Source of the DNA: Eledone cirrhosa
Lineage: Eukaryota
DNA: 64,000 bases
NCBI GenBank assembly: GCA_964016885.1
Contig: OZ024746.1
Coordinates: 19,964,001-20,028,000, forward strand
Direction: 5' to 3'
A model generated the notes under the pieces. The model had not been told where the DNA came from. It worked only from the letters and a program-made list of their open reading frames with translations, and did no database searches. This document shows positions 49,716 to 63,833 of the stretch, in pieces. A program made the position numbers and the translations under genes. The number at the start of each line of letters is the position of its first letter. Position 1 is the stretch's first letter.

Positions 49716-52535
49716 TAACAAGATCATGTTCAATGGTGGTTTCTACAGGCCAACTGAAATTGCTGGGTGTTACCGAGATCTTTTTTCTATTTGTTGTATG
49801 AATATATATGTTCTTCTTTTTTTCTTCTGTCCTTTGTTCCGACGTCTGTACCATTTACTTTACGTTTGTGATGTATTCCTTGTTTATTTAATGGTCATCT
49901 ATCTCCAACCTTATTTTTTCTTTATTTTATTCTACTTTATTCTATTTTATCATTCATATATATCAACACTAATCAGGGAAGAGGAAATGAAAGGATCGAT
50001 AGTGAAAAATTACACACACAAGTACACCAGGTTCGAACACGGAGGAACCAAACTTTTACTATCATCGCCTCCGTCTCTCCCGACCACCTCATCTCTCACA
50101 ATTATGAGCAAATGGGGTCCCACGCGTTGGCCGCCCCATGGCCCCGGTGGACAGAATAGAGAAGGCGTTTCCCCGAAGGGTGGTGAGGGAGATGCGCTGG
50201 AAGAGCCATTCCAACTTGCGAGGCTAGGTAGCTAGCTCATCGCCCCTATGGTGATGGGTAGGGAGGTGACCCTAAGGCCAAGGATACCAGAAGTCTTCAT
50301 TGCAGACCTGTCGGAGAGCGACTGATATTTTCAACTAATGTGTATTGTATTGCATACCGGTGAATTAGCAGTATCGGTAGAGCACCGGACACCATGCTTA
50401 GCGCATTAGAGTTACGGCCCTTTACGGTCTGAGTTCAAATCCCGCCGGAGTTAGCTTTGCCTTTCATCCTTACGGGGTCGATAAAATAAAGTACCAGTAA
50501 TACACTGATATAATTGCTGGCCTTGTTCCAAAAGTAGAAACAATTATTAGTGACAAACGAGATAACCTCTCTTTAGAATATAAAGTCAGTTGCGACCTTT
50601 TGATATCAGATCGACGATGTAGTCGGGTTCCTAACTTGTATGGGTGACCCTGATCCAATCCTCTGCGACACACGCGTTACAGGTCCATATACAGTAAAAA
50701 CATTAACTACATGTAAACTTCATCGTACAAAAGCTTTCAAATGTTTATTCGTAAACATTTTCACTAGATATAGAAATACACTTACTTATATGTATATAGC
50801 TATGTCGGAGCGACCATTTTAATTCTATTTTTAGGCTGAACCGGCCAACTGCTCCATATGTAAAATAGGCAGCAAAACTATATGTTTTTGCCTACATTGG
50901 ATTCCAGCAGAGAGCAGGGCGAGGGAGCATTGTCTTGGAAACAGTTGACTGTCGGCAGATTACCCACTCATGCTACTCTACTGCTGGAAGCCACCTGGTG
51001 GCGCTAGCCATCAGTTTCCAAAATTCATAGCTAAAAGGCTTTCAAATATTTATTCGTAAACATATCGTATATTGCTAGATATACAAACAGAAACATGCAC
51101 ACACACAAACTAAGGCAATAATATCTTTGAATTAGCGAAATATATCTAATTATTTGTTTTTAAAAAACTACAAAGATCTACCAACTACAAACAAAATATC
51201 TACCAACTATAAACAAAATATCTACCAAAGATCTACCAACTATAAACAAAATATCTACCAAAGATCTACCAACTATAAACAAAATCTTTGAGTACATGGA
51301 GGTTATGAAAAGATTCAACAACAGAACCTCCTAGTTTCCCTTGTTTTTTTTTGTTTTTTTCCTTATTTTTTCTATTATGCTTATTCTTCCTTCCATTGGT
51401 TTTCCCTATTTTCTTTTATTTATATTTTTTTTATATATATATATATTTTTTCGTTTCTTAACACTAAAAAGTACTGGATAATTCCCCAATGTCAGTTATG
51501 GCTTACTAGCTCTATACGGACGTTTAAATTGATTAAATAAATAAATAAATAAATAAATAAGATCGTCATCTTCAATTTGGTATTCGTGCCAACCCTTACC
51601 TTATGGTCATGAATCTTGGGATATGTCCGAAAGAATATGATCACGAATACAAGCGGCTAAAATGATCTTTGGAGTAACGTTACTCGATAGAGTGCGTAGC
51701 TGGGAGATCAGAGAGTTACTCCATGTAGAGCAAAATAACATCCACGAGTTCGGCTGGTCTCTCTTGGGGATCCAGCCGGATCAGTTGGAAACGGTTGCTT
51801 CTGAGAGGATCCGCTGCAAGGAGTGGTTGAGAACTCTTCCCTCATAACCCTCTCAGGAATAAGTGGACAAACAAGAATAAATAAATAAATAGATAGATTT
51901 ATTGTGGAGAGGAAAGTGATTTAATGCGACACACACAAAAATGAGATGATAGGACTGGGGGTCCCTATCATTAAATTACCCAAGACACCTCCAACGAGAT
52001 ATACCTTGGAGGAGGCCAGCTAAACCTGCATAGGTGTGAGCTGTCACACACAACCTGCTAAAGAGTTGGATGGTTTAAATCTGCTGAACTGACAGCAGTC
52101 CAGAATGGAGCTTATCGGTTCTTTACGATGATTCACATCTTCAGGATTTTCTTAATTTCTGTTGAAAATATTATGAAAATCATGCCTTTCGAAGGACTTT
52201 AACAAGGCATGAAATGGCTTCTAGAGAATGAAAAAAAGAAAAAAACGGCAACATTGGAATTTGTACTTTATGTTTCTCGCGTTACCAAATTTAAAGATTA
52301 AATACAAGATGTTGACATAAAAAACAGAATTTTTATATAAACAACAAAAATATATTTTAAAAGATTTTATTGATTTGTAATTTGTTCACATTAAAAACAT
52401 TTTCCAAAAATCTTTTTAACCTCATATCGCAGAAAAGTTATTAATATGACTCTCTTAAATAGAGAGCTCCATGGGATGTTTAGGCCTAAGGTACAGTTAT
52501 TTCTTGAAATCACTGGTATTTGTATATTCTTAAAA

Positions 52536-52585
<50 letters not shown>

Positions 52586-52795
52586 TAGTTGTACCCTAAG
52601 AACGGCCCATTCTAACTCTTTGGAAACTGAAATAATAAGCAATATGAAATATTGGTGTAGCAGTTTTTGTAAAAGAGAGATAGACACAGAAGCAAGATAA
52701 GAGAGAAAGGGGGGAGAGAAGAGAAGAGAGAGAGAGAGTGGACGTCAGCAATGTTAAAATTTGACAGAGTGGAGTGCACCACAGAAGTCCTCAAT

Positions 52796-52896
52796 TTAAA
52801 GAGACGCCGATTCAGTGTTTTCAGCACTGCGAGTCACCACATCGGACTTTTTGCCATCTGCAGATTCCATGAAAGAAAGTCCCTTATCAGAGGTCA
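52796..52896 (-). CDS. Probable terminal coding exon of the aquaporin
   Basis: Strong acceptor tttttctttctgttttgatttcag; a phase-1 join to the TM6 exon gives ...LQM-VTSDKGLSFMESADGKKSDVVTRSAENTESASL-TAA; downstream AT-rich UTR with AATAAA near 52365 (minus). Confidence 0.65.
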
Positions 52897-55019
52897 CTGA
52901 AATCAAAACAGAAAGAAAAATATAAATATATTTCAAGAGATAAGAAATACAATGATTAGCTATAAATATGAAATACACCTTCAAGAATTATATGTGCAGT
53001 AAAAAAAAAAAAAAATCTTGTTTAACAATATATCCAACTTATGGTAGTATCGAACTCCTTTGTCGCGAAATACATATAAAACTAAAAGCCTGTCTGGAGC
53101 TCGGAGGTTCATCAGTCCGGTGCTTATCCTTGTTTCCGAGGCGTGAAATGACTGAGAGTTTAAGTCCCATCCAACCCCTGGACAAGACGCCAGTCCACCG
53201 CAGGGTTAAACCTCCAGGTTTTGCTGGTAATAATTTTCAGCTAAGTATACTGAAGCAACGTAAAATGAAGTGTTTTTCTCAAGAACTCAACGCATAAGCC
53301 AGTCCAGGAATCGAACCCATGGCATTATGATCGTAAGTCCAACACGCTTACTACTAGGCCACGCAGCTCCACATATAAAACTACACAGTGCTAAAAATAA
53401 GATATCAATAAGTTATTTTGTGATCATCTCGTAGTTTATCCAGACACTGTATATATACAACGATATCATATAATGTGTTATTCCTTCTTTAAGAGAGTAA
53501 GGTACGATGTGAGAGAAATATTTGCTAATATTTCTCGTGGATTGAGCGACCACAGAAATTCCGTCATTGGCTCGTTTGTTGTGTTTGTGTTAATTTCGTG
53601 CAATAGGCCATACCAATATCTGCTAGGAGAGTAAATACATTTAGAAAATAATAAATAATCAAAGGATTCTTTTCAGTCAAATCTAATCACTTCTTATAAC
53701 CAATTAGAGTTGAATCAATATTGAAAAGAAATTAAACTGATATATATATATAAATTAAAACATTTTAAGTTAGTTAGAAAAGGAAGGGCAGCATACACGA
53801 CAATTTTCTGGTTCACTGCGCGACTAGTGGGAAGAAGCGGAGAGGTTAACCCCACACTGGTGACATGATGCCACATGTCCGCCACCCAGGGGACTTCGCT
53901 AAAGGCACATAAGGGTCAGGTGGCGGTATTAAACTGGATGATGGATTAAGCCTACTCCCCAAGAACAGGCACGGTTCTTCTGAAAAGTTTCCACACAGTT
54001 TTTTCGCCCTACCAAAGGCCACTCAAGGCTTTATTCGACTCAGAGCTATGGTAGAAAATATTTACTTAAGTGTCTTACAATGGGATCAAAATCACACAGC
54101 CATCCCTGCCCCTATAAATCAAGTAGCATGTGTATGGCTTCCTTTTCCTAATCAACATATTCCAAATATATAACAATAAGACGTTGAACGTTTGTTTGTT
54201 CAACTAGTAACTATAATTCTACCAAAATAGCACAAATGAGAGGGCAACGAAAGTTTTAGTGTGAACAGATCTAAACAGAATCTGTTTATTTTATTCGATA
54301 GCCAATGTGTAATGTAGTCAATCAATTGAAGAACATTCTACTTCAGTATACAAGGGTGGGCTGAAAAGTTCATAGGCTGACAATGAAGGTCTTATGCTAG
54401 AGCTGTGAAATCATGCGTGCATTAATTTCAACTCTTCTAATTAATAACTGCATTGTTTCTTTCCAGGGACTATGTTGAAAAATAAACCTCATTTGGTCAT
54501 TCCATGAGAGTATCTTTAAAGAAGTTACCTCTATGGAATCCAGGATCAAAAAATCATCCTAACCAAGCTCTTTTTATATAAAAGACAGAAAGCATCATTT
54601 CATAACAAATGTAGACTTTATAACTAAGAAGACATTGTTATGAGGGTTGGCAGTATCGGTAGAGCGTCGGACAACATGCTTTGTGGCTTATAGCTACGTC
54701 CCTTTACGTTCTGAGTTCAAATGCCGCCGATGTTAGCTTTGCCTTTTACCCTTACGGTGTCGATAAAATAAAGTACCAGTAACACATTGGGGACGATTTA
54801 ATCGACTTTCCCTTCCCTCAAAAATTGTTGGCCTTGTGTCTAAATCAGAAACCATTATTAGCCACACTGGGTCGATAAAATAAAGTACCAGTAATACACT
54901 GGGTAATTGCTGGCCTTGTGCCTAACGTAGAAACCATTATTAGCCACACTATTGACAACGACAAGAGGATGTCGTCCTGAAATTACCTTCCTACAATATG
55001 GTATTTAGAACAATCTGGA

Positions 55020-55068
<49 letters not shown>

Positions 55069-57126
55069 AAAAAGAAAAATAACAACAAATAAAAATGAAT
55101 ATATTGAAACCGATGGATCAACCAACGAATCAGGTGACATGAACGCAATTAGAAAAAATCCAAGATAAAGATGAAAACTATGGGTGACTGAGGGGAAGTT
55201 TGCAAATACAATATACAAAATAGACTTTCAGCTTTATTTAAATTTCTATTGGAGCGGAATGATATATGTACGGACCCGTAATTCCTAAGGGAGTTGTAGG
55301 GGCGCCGTTTTGACATACGGCGTTTCTAGGGCATTTTAAAACCTAACGGTACCCATCTCCTCTCCAGGTCTGAATACAGCAGATTTCTTCCAGAGAGAGG
55401 ATGAACCGACCCCAGTTCTAGATTGGCTGACTATGAAGGAGTGATGCTAGAGCTGTGAAATTTTGCATGCATTAAATTTAACTCTTCTTGTTAATAACTG
55501 TATTATTTCTTTCCAGGGATTATGTTGAAAAATAAACTTTATAAATTTCTAATTTCTAATTAAAAATAATAAAACAAAACACAGGGGAACAAAAAGAAGG
55601 AAATGAAAAGAAAAAAAAAGAAAAAGAAGAAAGAATGAAACAACGAAAAAAAAACGAAAAGGGACAAACACTACACTCCAGTCTGAGCGGTGCCTCAGCC
55701 GCACCCCACGGACAAAATGACAAAGGCATTACTGCGGAGACTGACCAGAGAGACCCGCTGCAACAGTCACCAAGCGTGCCATCTAACAACAGATTCATTT
55801 ATAGATTGAAGAAGCTATAAAAAAGTAATCATTATTCAGCCTTGACAGATATTTCAGTGGTATAGTGGTTTTACTAGTTACGATAAATATAAAAATATCT
55901 CTACATTATAGTTTTGTATCTGTTACCCACGTTTTTGTAGGTAAGATGTCTATAGTACTTCATTCTTTCGTATCCTCCTCATATGAGAAAAAGTTGTGCA
56001 ATGCCTATGTCTAATAAACAGAAAAAGAAAAAAAAACTTTGTTCAGTTTCGGGATAAAGTGGTTTTAAGAAGGGGAAAGATATGTTAAGATAGAAAAATT
56101 AGAAGAAAGAAAGAATGTTTGAGACGGTGAAAGGGTGTTAAGGGCATTGAAATAGGGTCAAGTGCTTTTGGTGGACAACATCCTTGTACGAAGTGATTCT
56201 TATGCTGTCTACCATACTTTTCCAAAATAAATTCCTCTATTCAAGCTTGTCTATTTCCTTCTCCATTTCAAAGACTACATCGGTTATATTTTTCTGGTAT
56301 ATAAGCTTTATCAATGGTTTGTCTGCAATATAATATTTTCCTCGAGAGGAGATGGGCTCTACCAGGTTTTAAATGCCCATGACACATCCTATGTCATTTC
56401 GGCACCCCTACGACTCCATTAGGAGTTACGGGTCCATACATAAATAATTTTTTTATTTTCTGTATACTCTATTTAAACATTTTCCCCCAAATATTTCAAA
56501 TTAGAAATATTATTTTCAAAAGAAGACGTCTTTGTGACATTAATGCGATATGTTAAAACAGCATACTCACTTAGAATATTATTATTATAAACCCCGTGAT
56601 TTCTAGGATCGTCTAGAGTTTATAGCAATCATGGGCAAACTGAATGGCATGCCTAATTTCCAAATTGTCTTGAAGGTTTTAGTAGTGCTGCCCGCCATAT
56701 GATGAACTATATCCTATGCAGCTCACTGCTCGAAAAAGGTTGTTCATGCCTGGACGATGGAATCACCCCCCACCCCATGTCAAACGAAACTTATCGTGAC
56801 GGAAAGCAGATATCTATAAATCAACAACGAGTGGAAGTTATTCACAGAAACAATAATATTTCTATAATGATTTATTATTTCTAAACTTTTATATGCAGAT
56901 TTTCCTTCTGTTCATTTTACCGAAACAAAGCAGAAGTATTTTGAAGTGGAATAATTATAAAGAATTACTATTTCTTACATTTCAATGTTTTAGATGAGTT
57001 CTTTTTGGAATAATCTTGTTTTTCCATAATCATCTATATTTTGATTGGCATATTTTAAAGATGATTGGTCATTATACCGACCGAAATGAAAATGCAGTAT
57101 AGTTAAAAATTTGAAAGAAGATAATG

Positions 57127-57324
57127 CGAGGGTTGGCTGAAAAGTATGTAGGCTGACTATGAAGGAGTGATGCTAGAGCTGTGAAATCTTGCATGCATTA
57201 ATCCCAATCTTTCTTATTAATAACTGCATTGTTTCTTTCCAGAGACTATGTTGAAAAATAAACATCATTTGGTCATTCCATGAGAGTAACTTGGTCAGCC
57301 TATGAACCTTTCAGCCAACTCTCG
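57127..57324. mobile_element. mariner-type MITE (~200 bp)
   Basis: TIR cgagggttggctgaaaag..taggctgac / gtcagcctatgaacctttcagccaactctcg; other copies 54351-54515, 55423-55540, 57914-58113. Confidence 0.8.
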
Positions 57325-57913
57325 TAGTTTGGAAAAAACAAAAACTAGTCTCATCATAATCATCATCATCATCTTCGTTTAACGTCCATTTTCCACGCTA
57401 AACGAAGATGATGATGATGATGAGACTAGTTCTTTTTATTTTGTAATTAGATTTCAATTTATGAATTTTAAATCCATTATGATTTTTTAAAAATATGAAT
57501 AAATTCTCTCTTTAACTCTTTCATTGCCATATAGCGTGTTTAATTCTATATACACATTTACGGAAAGAACACAGCCTATTATCTCTTTAGAAAAATAGAA
57601 TTGAATTCTTACTTCAGACTGCTGCAGCACATGAAACAGGAAAAAAAACATGTTTATGTAGAATGCAATATCTGAAGTAATTACCAGGTGACTCTGAAAA
57701 GAGGACTTTGGTGGAGGATTTGGTTAGAAAAAAAAAGAAACCCGTTGGATGGTTTGGTTAATGCTAGGTGGCCAAAAATAACAAGAAATAGGTATTTAGA
57801 GCAGTGGTCATAATCACAGAACAATTAATAATCAGTGTAGACTAACTACAATAATGTTAGTTTTCATTGTTGTAAATAGTTAGTTAGAGAAGCAGGGATG
57901 TTATATTCAAATA

Positions 57914-58113
57914 CGAGGGTAGGTTGAAAAGTTAATAGGCTGACTATGAAAGATTGATGCTTGAGATGTGAAATCTTGCATGCATTGATTTAATTTTAAC
58001 TCTTCTTATTAATAACTGTATTGTGTTCTTTCCAGGTACTATGTTGAAAAATAAACTTCATTTGGTCATTCCATGAACGTTTGTCAGCCTATGATCGTTT
58101 CAGACAACCCTGG
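57914..58113. mobile_element. mariner-type MITE copy
   Basis: TA-flanked; same TIRs and interior as 57127-57324. Confidence 0.8.
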
Positions 58114-58526
58114 TAGTTCTGGATTATTTATATTGCGTATTTTAGAGTCTGGAATTTTGCAGAAATCCAAACGAATTCAACTAAATTTATGGAATACGTT
58201 CAAAATATTAAATATTTTAAGATAAAACATACTTTTTTTGTTTATTAAAAAGGCAATATTGTATTCTTCAAAACGTATTTGCAGAGCATTATAATTAAAG
58301 TCGATAATGAAGAACACGCGATGAAAGTTAGTCGTATTAACAATTCCCAGTTAGCTGAGTTAATATTATTATTATGATCGAATAGAAGTGAAAAAAAAAT
58401 TAAAATGTTTGCATTGCCACTCGTTGAGGGATTGTCTCGGGATAACCCTAACCTCAATACGAACCTTTCATGGAACAAAATTCAAGTCATACTCTAGAAA
58501 GTTGAATAAATTAATCTCCGGAATGT

Positions 58527-58812
58527 GGAGATCATTATATAGTGGTAAGGGTGTTGGACTTACGATCATCATGCCGTGGGTTCGATTCTTGGAATGGGTT
58601 GTGTGTTATGTTCTTGAGCAAAACACTTCATTTCACGTTGCTCCAGTAGACTCAACTGAAAATGTGTACCAGCAGAAGCTGGGGATTTAACCCTGCGATG
58701 GACTTGCGTCCTGTCCAGGGGTGGGGTGGGGTGGGGAGTTTGTATTCTCAGTGGCTTTAAGCCACGGACATCGGGATAAGCACTGGCTTGATGAGCCTCC
58801 AGTCATAAGGAA
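58527..58812 (+). mobile_element. Second tRNA-derived SINE family (CORE-like central domain)
   Basis: tagtggtaagggtgttggac...ggttcgattc head, gttcttgagcaaaacacttcatttcac, aaccctgcgatggac..gcgtcctgtccaggg; copies 40659-40925, 42228-42450, 53090-53372(-), 27615-27845(-). Confidence 0.8.
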
Positions 58813-59016
58813 GACTTTAAACATTTTTTAATGAATACCATTGGCTCCCAAATCAATAGCCAATAATGTTTAGAACTTACGACAGCATCAAATATTCAAT
58901 TATAAACAGATGGATGTTGCTATCGTACATAGATTGCATATGAGGTTAGAAATTGATAAGATCTACTAATGTTAGTGCAGCACGTCTAACGGAAGGGTTA
59001 GAAACTACAATTTCTC

Positions 59017-59190
59017 ATGGTGATGGTGATGATTATAATGATGATGACAGCAAGGATGATGATATTAAATATGATGATAGCAACTATAATGATGATGGTG
59101 ACGATAAAGATGATGATGATGTTAATATTGATGATGATGATGACGATAAAGATGATGATGATGTTAATATTGATGATGATGATGATTATA
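59017..59190. repeat. (GAT)n degenerate microsatellite
   Basis: Direct inspection. Confidence 0.9.
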
Positions 59191-59313
59191 ATTCGAAGGG
59201 GTAATATGTTGATAGCGATCTAAAGTTGTTCGGTTACCACACAGAATTTTGAATTTATCAACGTCAAGGAAAAATGATTATGGAGATTGAAAATAATCCT
59301 TATTGTAAATAAT

Positions 59314-59496
59314 TGTTTCTACTTTAGGCACAAGGCCAGCAATTACCCAGTGCATTACTGGTACTTTATTTTATCGACCCCGTAAGGATGAAAGGCAAAG
59401 TCAACCTCGGCGGGATTTGAACTCAGATCGTAAAGGGACGTAACTATGCTGGAAAGCATGGCGTCCGACCCTCTACCGATACTGCCAATCCACCGC
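59314..59496 (-). mobile_element. SINE (main family) with 16-bp TSD
   Basis: ccttattgtaaataat at 59298-59313 and 59497-59512; CpGs intact. Confidence 0.92.
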
Positions 59497-61518
59497 CCTT
59501 ATTGTAAATAATGCTTAGCTGTTTATTTTTATATGAATTCGAACTCTGTAAGGAGCTGTATACAAGCTTTGTTGACTCTGACGTGTAAAAATGAGAATCT
59601 TAACCATATAGTTTTTAAAAAATAGAACAAAATACATTAAAATAACCTAGAAAAATCCTTAATTCAATAATTAAAATAGTTCTGTAAAATTTTATTTGTT
59701 ATAACTTTCCATAAAACAGATATTTTTTTCTTCATAAAATAACTACAAATAGATGTTGCGTACCCAATGAAAAAGAAAGTGTTTCCATAGATTGGTTGTA
59801 CCTTCTAAATATATATATATAAGCATACTTTTAAAAGTTACAAAATAACTGAAGTTATAAATTTCTACGTTTAAAATATTTACTTTAAGGAAAGGAACAT
59901 TTAGTGGTTTAGTCAGGGAATAAAGGCATGGTTAGTTTGTTTTTCTTCAGACAATCTACATTGCACATAAATAAGCTTGTGAAAACAACTACCGCTTTTT
60001 AAGAGCCTGTGTATTGTAAATTTGTTCTCTACTATAGCAAATGTATATACTAAGAACTGTTACATTTCTCGAAGAAAATCTGGTATCTTGAGTGAAAGTT
60101 TTGATACAAGGATAAAGTTCACAATCTGAAATAGGAAGTGGTTAAACAAAGAATAAAATATAATTCTGGGTAATGACAAACTTAGCTTATGAGAGCAACA
60201 AACGCTATCTAACGGCGTTTGATGATTATGGATGTATTTTCGCTATTTTTCTTTCTAAGAAATAAATACGTTCCGCAAAAAGTACGGTGCTTTATACAAA
60301 GAACTGGAAAACTACAATTAATAATGGTTTCTGTTTTAGGCACAAAGCTAACAATTTTGGGGGAGAGGAAGTCGATTAAACCGACCCCTGGTACTTTATT
60401 TTATCAACCCCGTAAGGATGAAAGGCAAATCTAACCTCGGCGGGATTTGAACTCAGATTATAAGGGCCGTAACTCTATGCTACAAAGCATTACGTCCGAC
60501 TCTCAACCGATACTACCAATCCACCGCACAATCCCTACAATTAATAATTGTTTCTACTTTAGGCACAAGGCCAGCAATTACCCAGTGCATTACTGGTACT
60601 TTATTTTATCGACCCCGTAAGGATGAAAGGCAAAGTCAACCTCGGCGGGATTGACTTTGCCCTTCATCCCTACAATTAATAATACTTTTGTTTTCGTCTT
60701 TGTTGGTGTTATTGTTTCAATCGGTTCTTCTTTGCAGACTTATGGCAGAGTTATAGATATAATGTTTAGTATCCACCTAATGGTCCAACATATATAATAT
60801 TCGGAGAAGAATTTGAGTCAAATTTCTTCGATTAATCGATTAGTTGACGTCAAACAGCTACGAATACTGACCAAGAAATGCAATTTGATGAACTGATAAA
60901 ATGTGGCCCCAATCTTAAAAGTAGCAGCAAATTTAGTTATAAATATTTGACTATTAATTGGATCTAGGAGAAAATATCTTTAAATGAAAACAGGTTTTTC
61001 CTTTTCTAAAAATAATTAACAAACCCTCCACCACACCCCCCAACACACACACTTCATACATGAAAGCAAATATCTGCTTTGATTTTCTCCTCTCCAGGTC
61101 AATAAATAAGCAAGAGTGGTGAACTGGTAGAATTGCAAGAGCGCCGGAGTACTTGTTCCAACTCTTTGTGTTTTGAGTTCAAACCTCGCCGTAGGTGGTT
61201 TGGGTGGTAGACTTAATTAGTTGTCCGTTTGATACCATCATCTGGCCCTTAGGTGACTTTAAAAGAATCCACTCAGTATCGAGTTTCGAAACAGCTCCCT
61301 GGTTTGAAAATACCCCGCCTCACAATACTCTCGGATGCCCCGAAAATACTTATGTAAACTGCCCTACATTGATTGAGCAGTAAAAGAAAAAAAAATGTTA
61401 AAAACATGGAATATTTCAATGCATATTTATGTCTAAATTTGTTGCTTAGTCATATGTACGTAATATTGTTGTATAACGCTTAGTCAGTATGTTTTGTGAA
61501 ATCTTAAATGCTTTTTAA

Positions 61519-62006
<488 letters not shown>

Positions 62007-62046
62007 GGAGCAAAGAATCAGAATTACATCATATATATATTTAATT

Positions 62047-62136
62047 ACATATTACATGTTTCACTGCCGATCAGCTCGAGGAACGATCGATTAATAATCG
62101 ATCCTGACTCTGGAATCGGGAGCTCCTCAGATATGT
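62047..62136 (-). ncRNA. Type I hammerhead motif with extended stem II, sense to aquaporin intron
   Basis: ACAUAU-CUGAGGA-GCUCCCGAU...AUCGGCAGU-GAAAC-AU-GUA^-AUAUGU; perfect 6-bp stem I; palindromic ACAUGU stem III. Confidence 0.75.
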
Positions 62137-62203
62137 GTTCTCACATGTAGACTCGCGTCTAAGAGTGGTTTGATATTTAGATAGTTATCCCGATTCATTA
62201 TTA

Positions 62204-62240
<37 letters not shown>

Positions 62241-62398
62241 AGTATTGAGTACTTTGGTGCGTTATGGTCCACCTGGTTCCTTACCACATTTCCTTCGTTA
62301 TATATATATATATATACGTTATTCCGGGTTGAATCGGAGGTAACCACAGTAAGTAAGGTACTCAATACATAGCAGAGTATAACAGTTTTAATATAGAT

Positions 62399-62451
62399 GA
62401 GATTCTACAGGACTAGAACTGTTTCATTCATTAGAAATCATCAGGAATCTC
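62399..62451 (-). ncRNA. Type I hammerhead motif (left arm of a perfect inverted repeat), sense to aquaporin intron
   Basis: GAGAUUC-CUGAUGA-U-UUC-uaau-GAA-U-GAAA-CAG-uucuaguc-CUG-UA^-GAAUCUC. Confidence 0.72.
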
Positions 62452-62453
62452 GC

Positions 62454-62502
62454 GATTCCTGATGATTTCTAATGAATGAAACAGTTCTAGTCCTGTAGAA
62501 TC
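62454..62502 (+). ncRNA. Mirror copy of the same hammerhead (right arm of the inverted repeat)
   Basis: GAUUC-CUGAUGA-UUUCUAAUGAAU-GAAACAG...CUGUA^GAAUC. Confidence 0.65.
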
Positions 62503-62513
62503 TCATCTATATT

Positions 62514-62574
<61 letters not shown>

Positions 62575-62752
62575 GTATGTATGTATATGGATAGTAAGAA
62601 TCGAACTTCTAACAACTTTACTCTCAGATCTTCTTATGTCATTGCGCCTATGTAATTGTTCAAACACGCATATGTGGATACTTTTGTCTAGAGTCTAGAC
62701 AAAAGTATCTACACATTATGCGTGTCTGGACAATCTCTTACCCTTGAATTAC

Positions 62753-62807
<55 letters not shown>

Positions 62808-62984
62808 AAAGTTATATTTAAAATTGTTGGGTTACAACTAGTAAACATTTATAACTGATATAAAAGCACTCGACAAATATTTGGAGTATATTTACAATAT
62901 GACTGCCAGCTTAAACCTCTTCAAATGGAAGTCGGTGTTATAACGGTATGTCGAATCTATTTATCTATAAAACTGTTTATATTG

Positions 62985-63050
62985 TATTTTGTCTGAGGAA
63001 GGCATAGCATATTGTTAATATGATATCCCCGAAATATATATAATGAAATA
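62985..63050 (+). ncRNA. Partly degenerate type I hammerhead motif
   Basis: UAUUUUGU-CUGAGGA-AGGCAUAGCAUAUU-guu-AAUAUGAUAUCCCC-GAAA-UAUAUA-UA^-AUGAAAUA; mismatches at the base of stem II. Confidence 0.55.
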
Positions 63051-63087
63051 AATATGGTTTTGTAAATATAGTTTCCATTTATTTAAT

Positions 63088-63152
<65 letters not shown>

Positions 63153-63423
63153 TACGAAAGTCACCGAATTTATTTCAGCGACTTCCAGTCATGACCTACC
63201 CACTCAATGAGATAACAATCATCTTAGTAAGTAACTGCATCTTGTATTTCAGAGTGCACACAAATAGTTAGTTAGTGAGTATTATAGCAGTGTTCTGATA
63301 TTGATACCTTCGTATCGATTTCCCTGAAGGAATTCCGTTTCAATGTAATATTCCACTTACAACGGTTATTAAAAGTGTTATATGCAGAGGACTGTGTAAT
63401 ATCAGCATATATATATGTATATA

Positions 63424-63549
<126 letters not shown>

Positions 63550-63833
63550 TTTTACTTCTAGCACAAGGCCAGCAATTTGAAGAAAAGGGGAAGTCGATTA
63601 AATCGACCCAGTGCGCTACAGGTACTTTGTTTTATCGACCCCGTGAGATTTTAACTCAGAACGTAAATATATTTAATCAATTAATATGTCAATTCTAAAA
63701 TGATATTTCCAAATTTAGTTACGTACGATTTCGGTCATAAATGCTTATCACCATATTTATGTACGTATAAATACATTTAATCATCCGTTACCATACCATT
63801 TGACATTATCATATCGTGTATATCGTTACTTAC

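Noticed and set aside
56571-56612. Additional aquaporin exon ending at a gtgagt donor
   Set aside because: Weak acceptor and an in-frame stop just upstream; no homology support
58953-59223. Asp-rich or Met-rich secreted-type protein
   Set aside because: (GAT)n microsatellite in the aquaporin intron; no signal peptide or supporting splice structure
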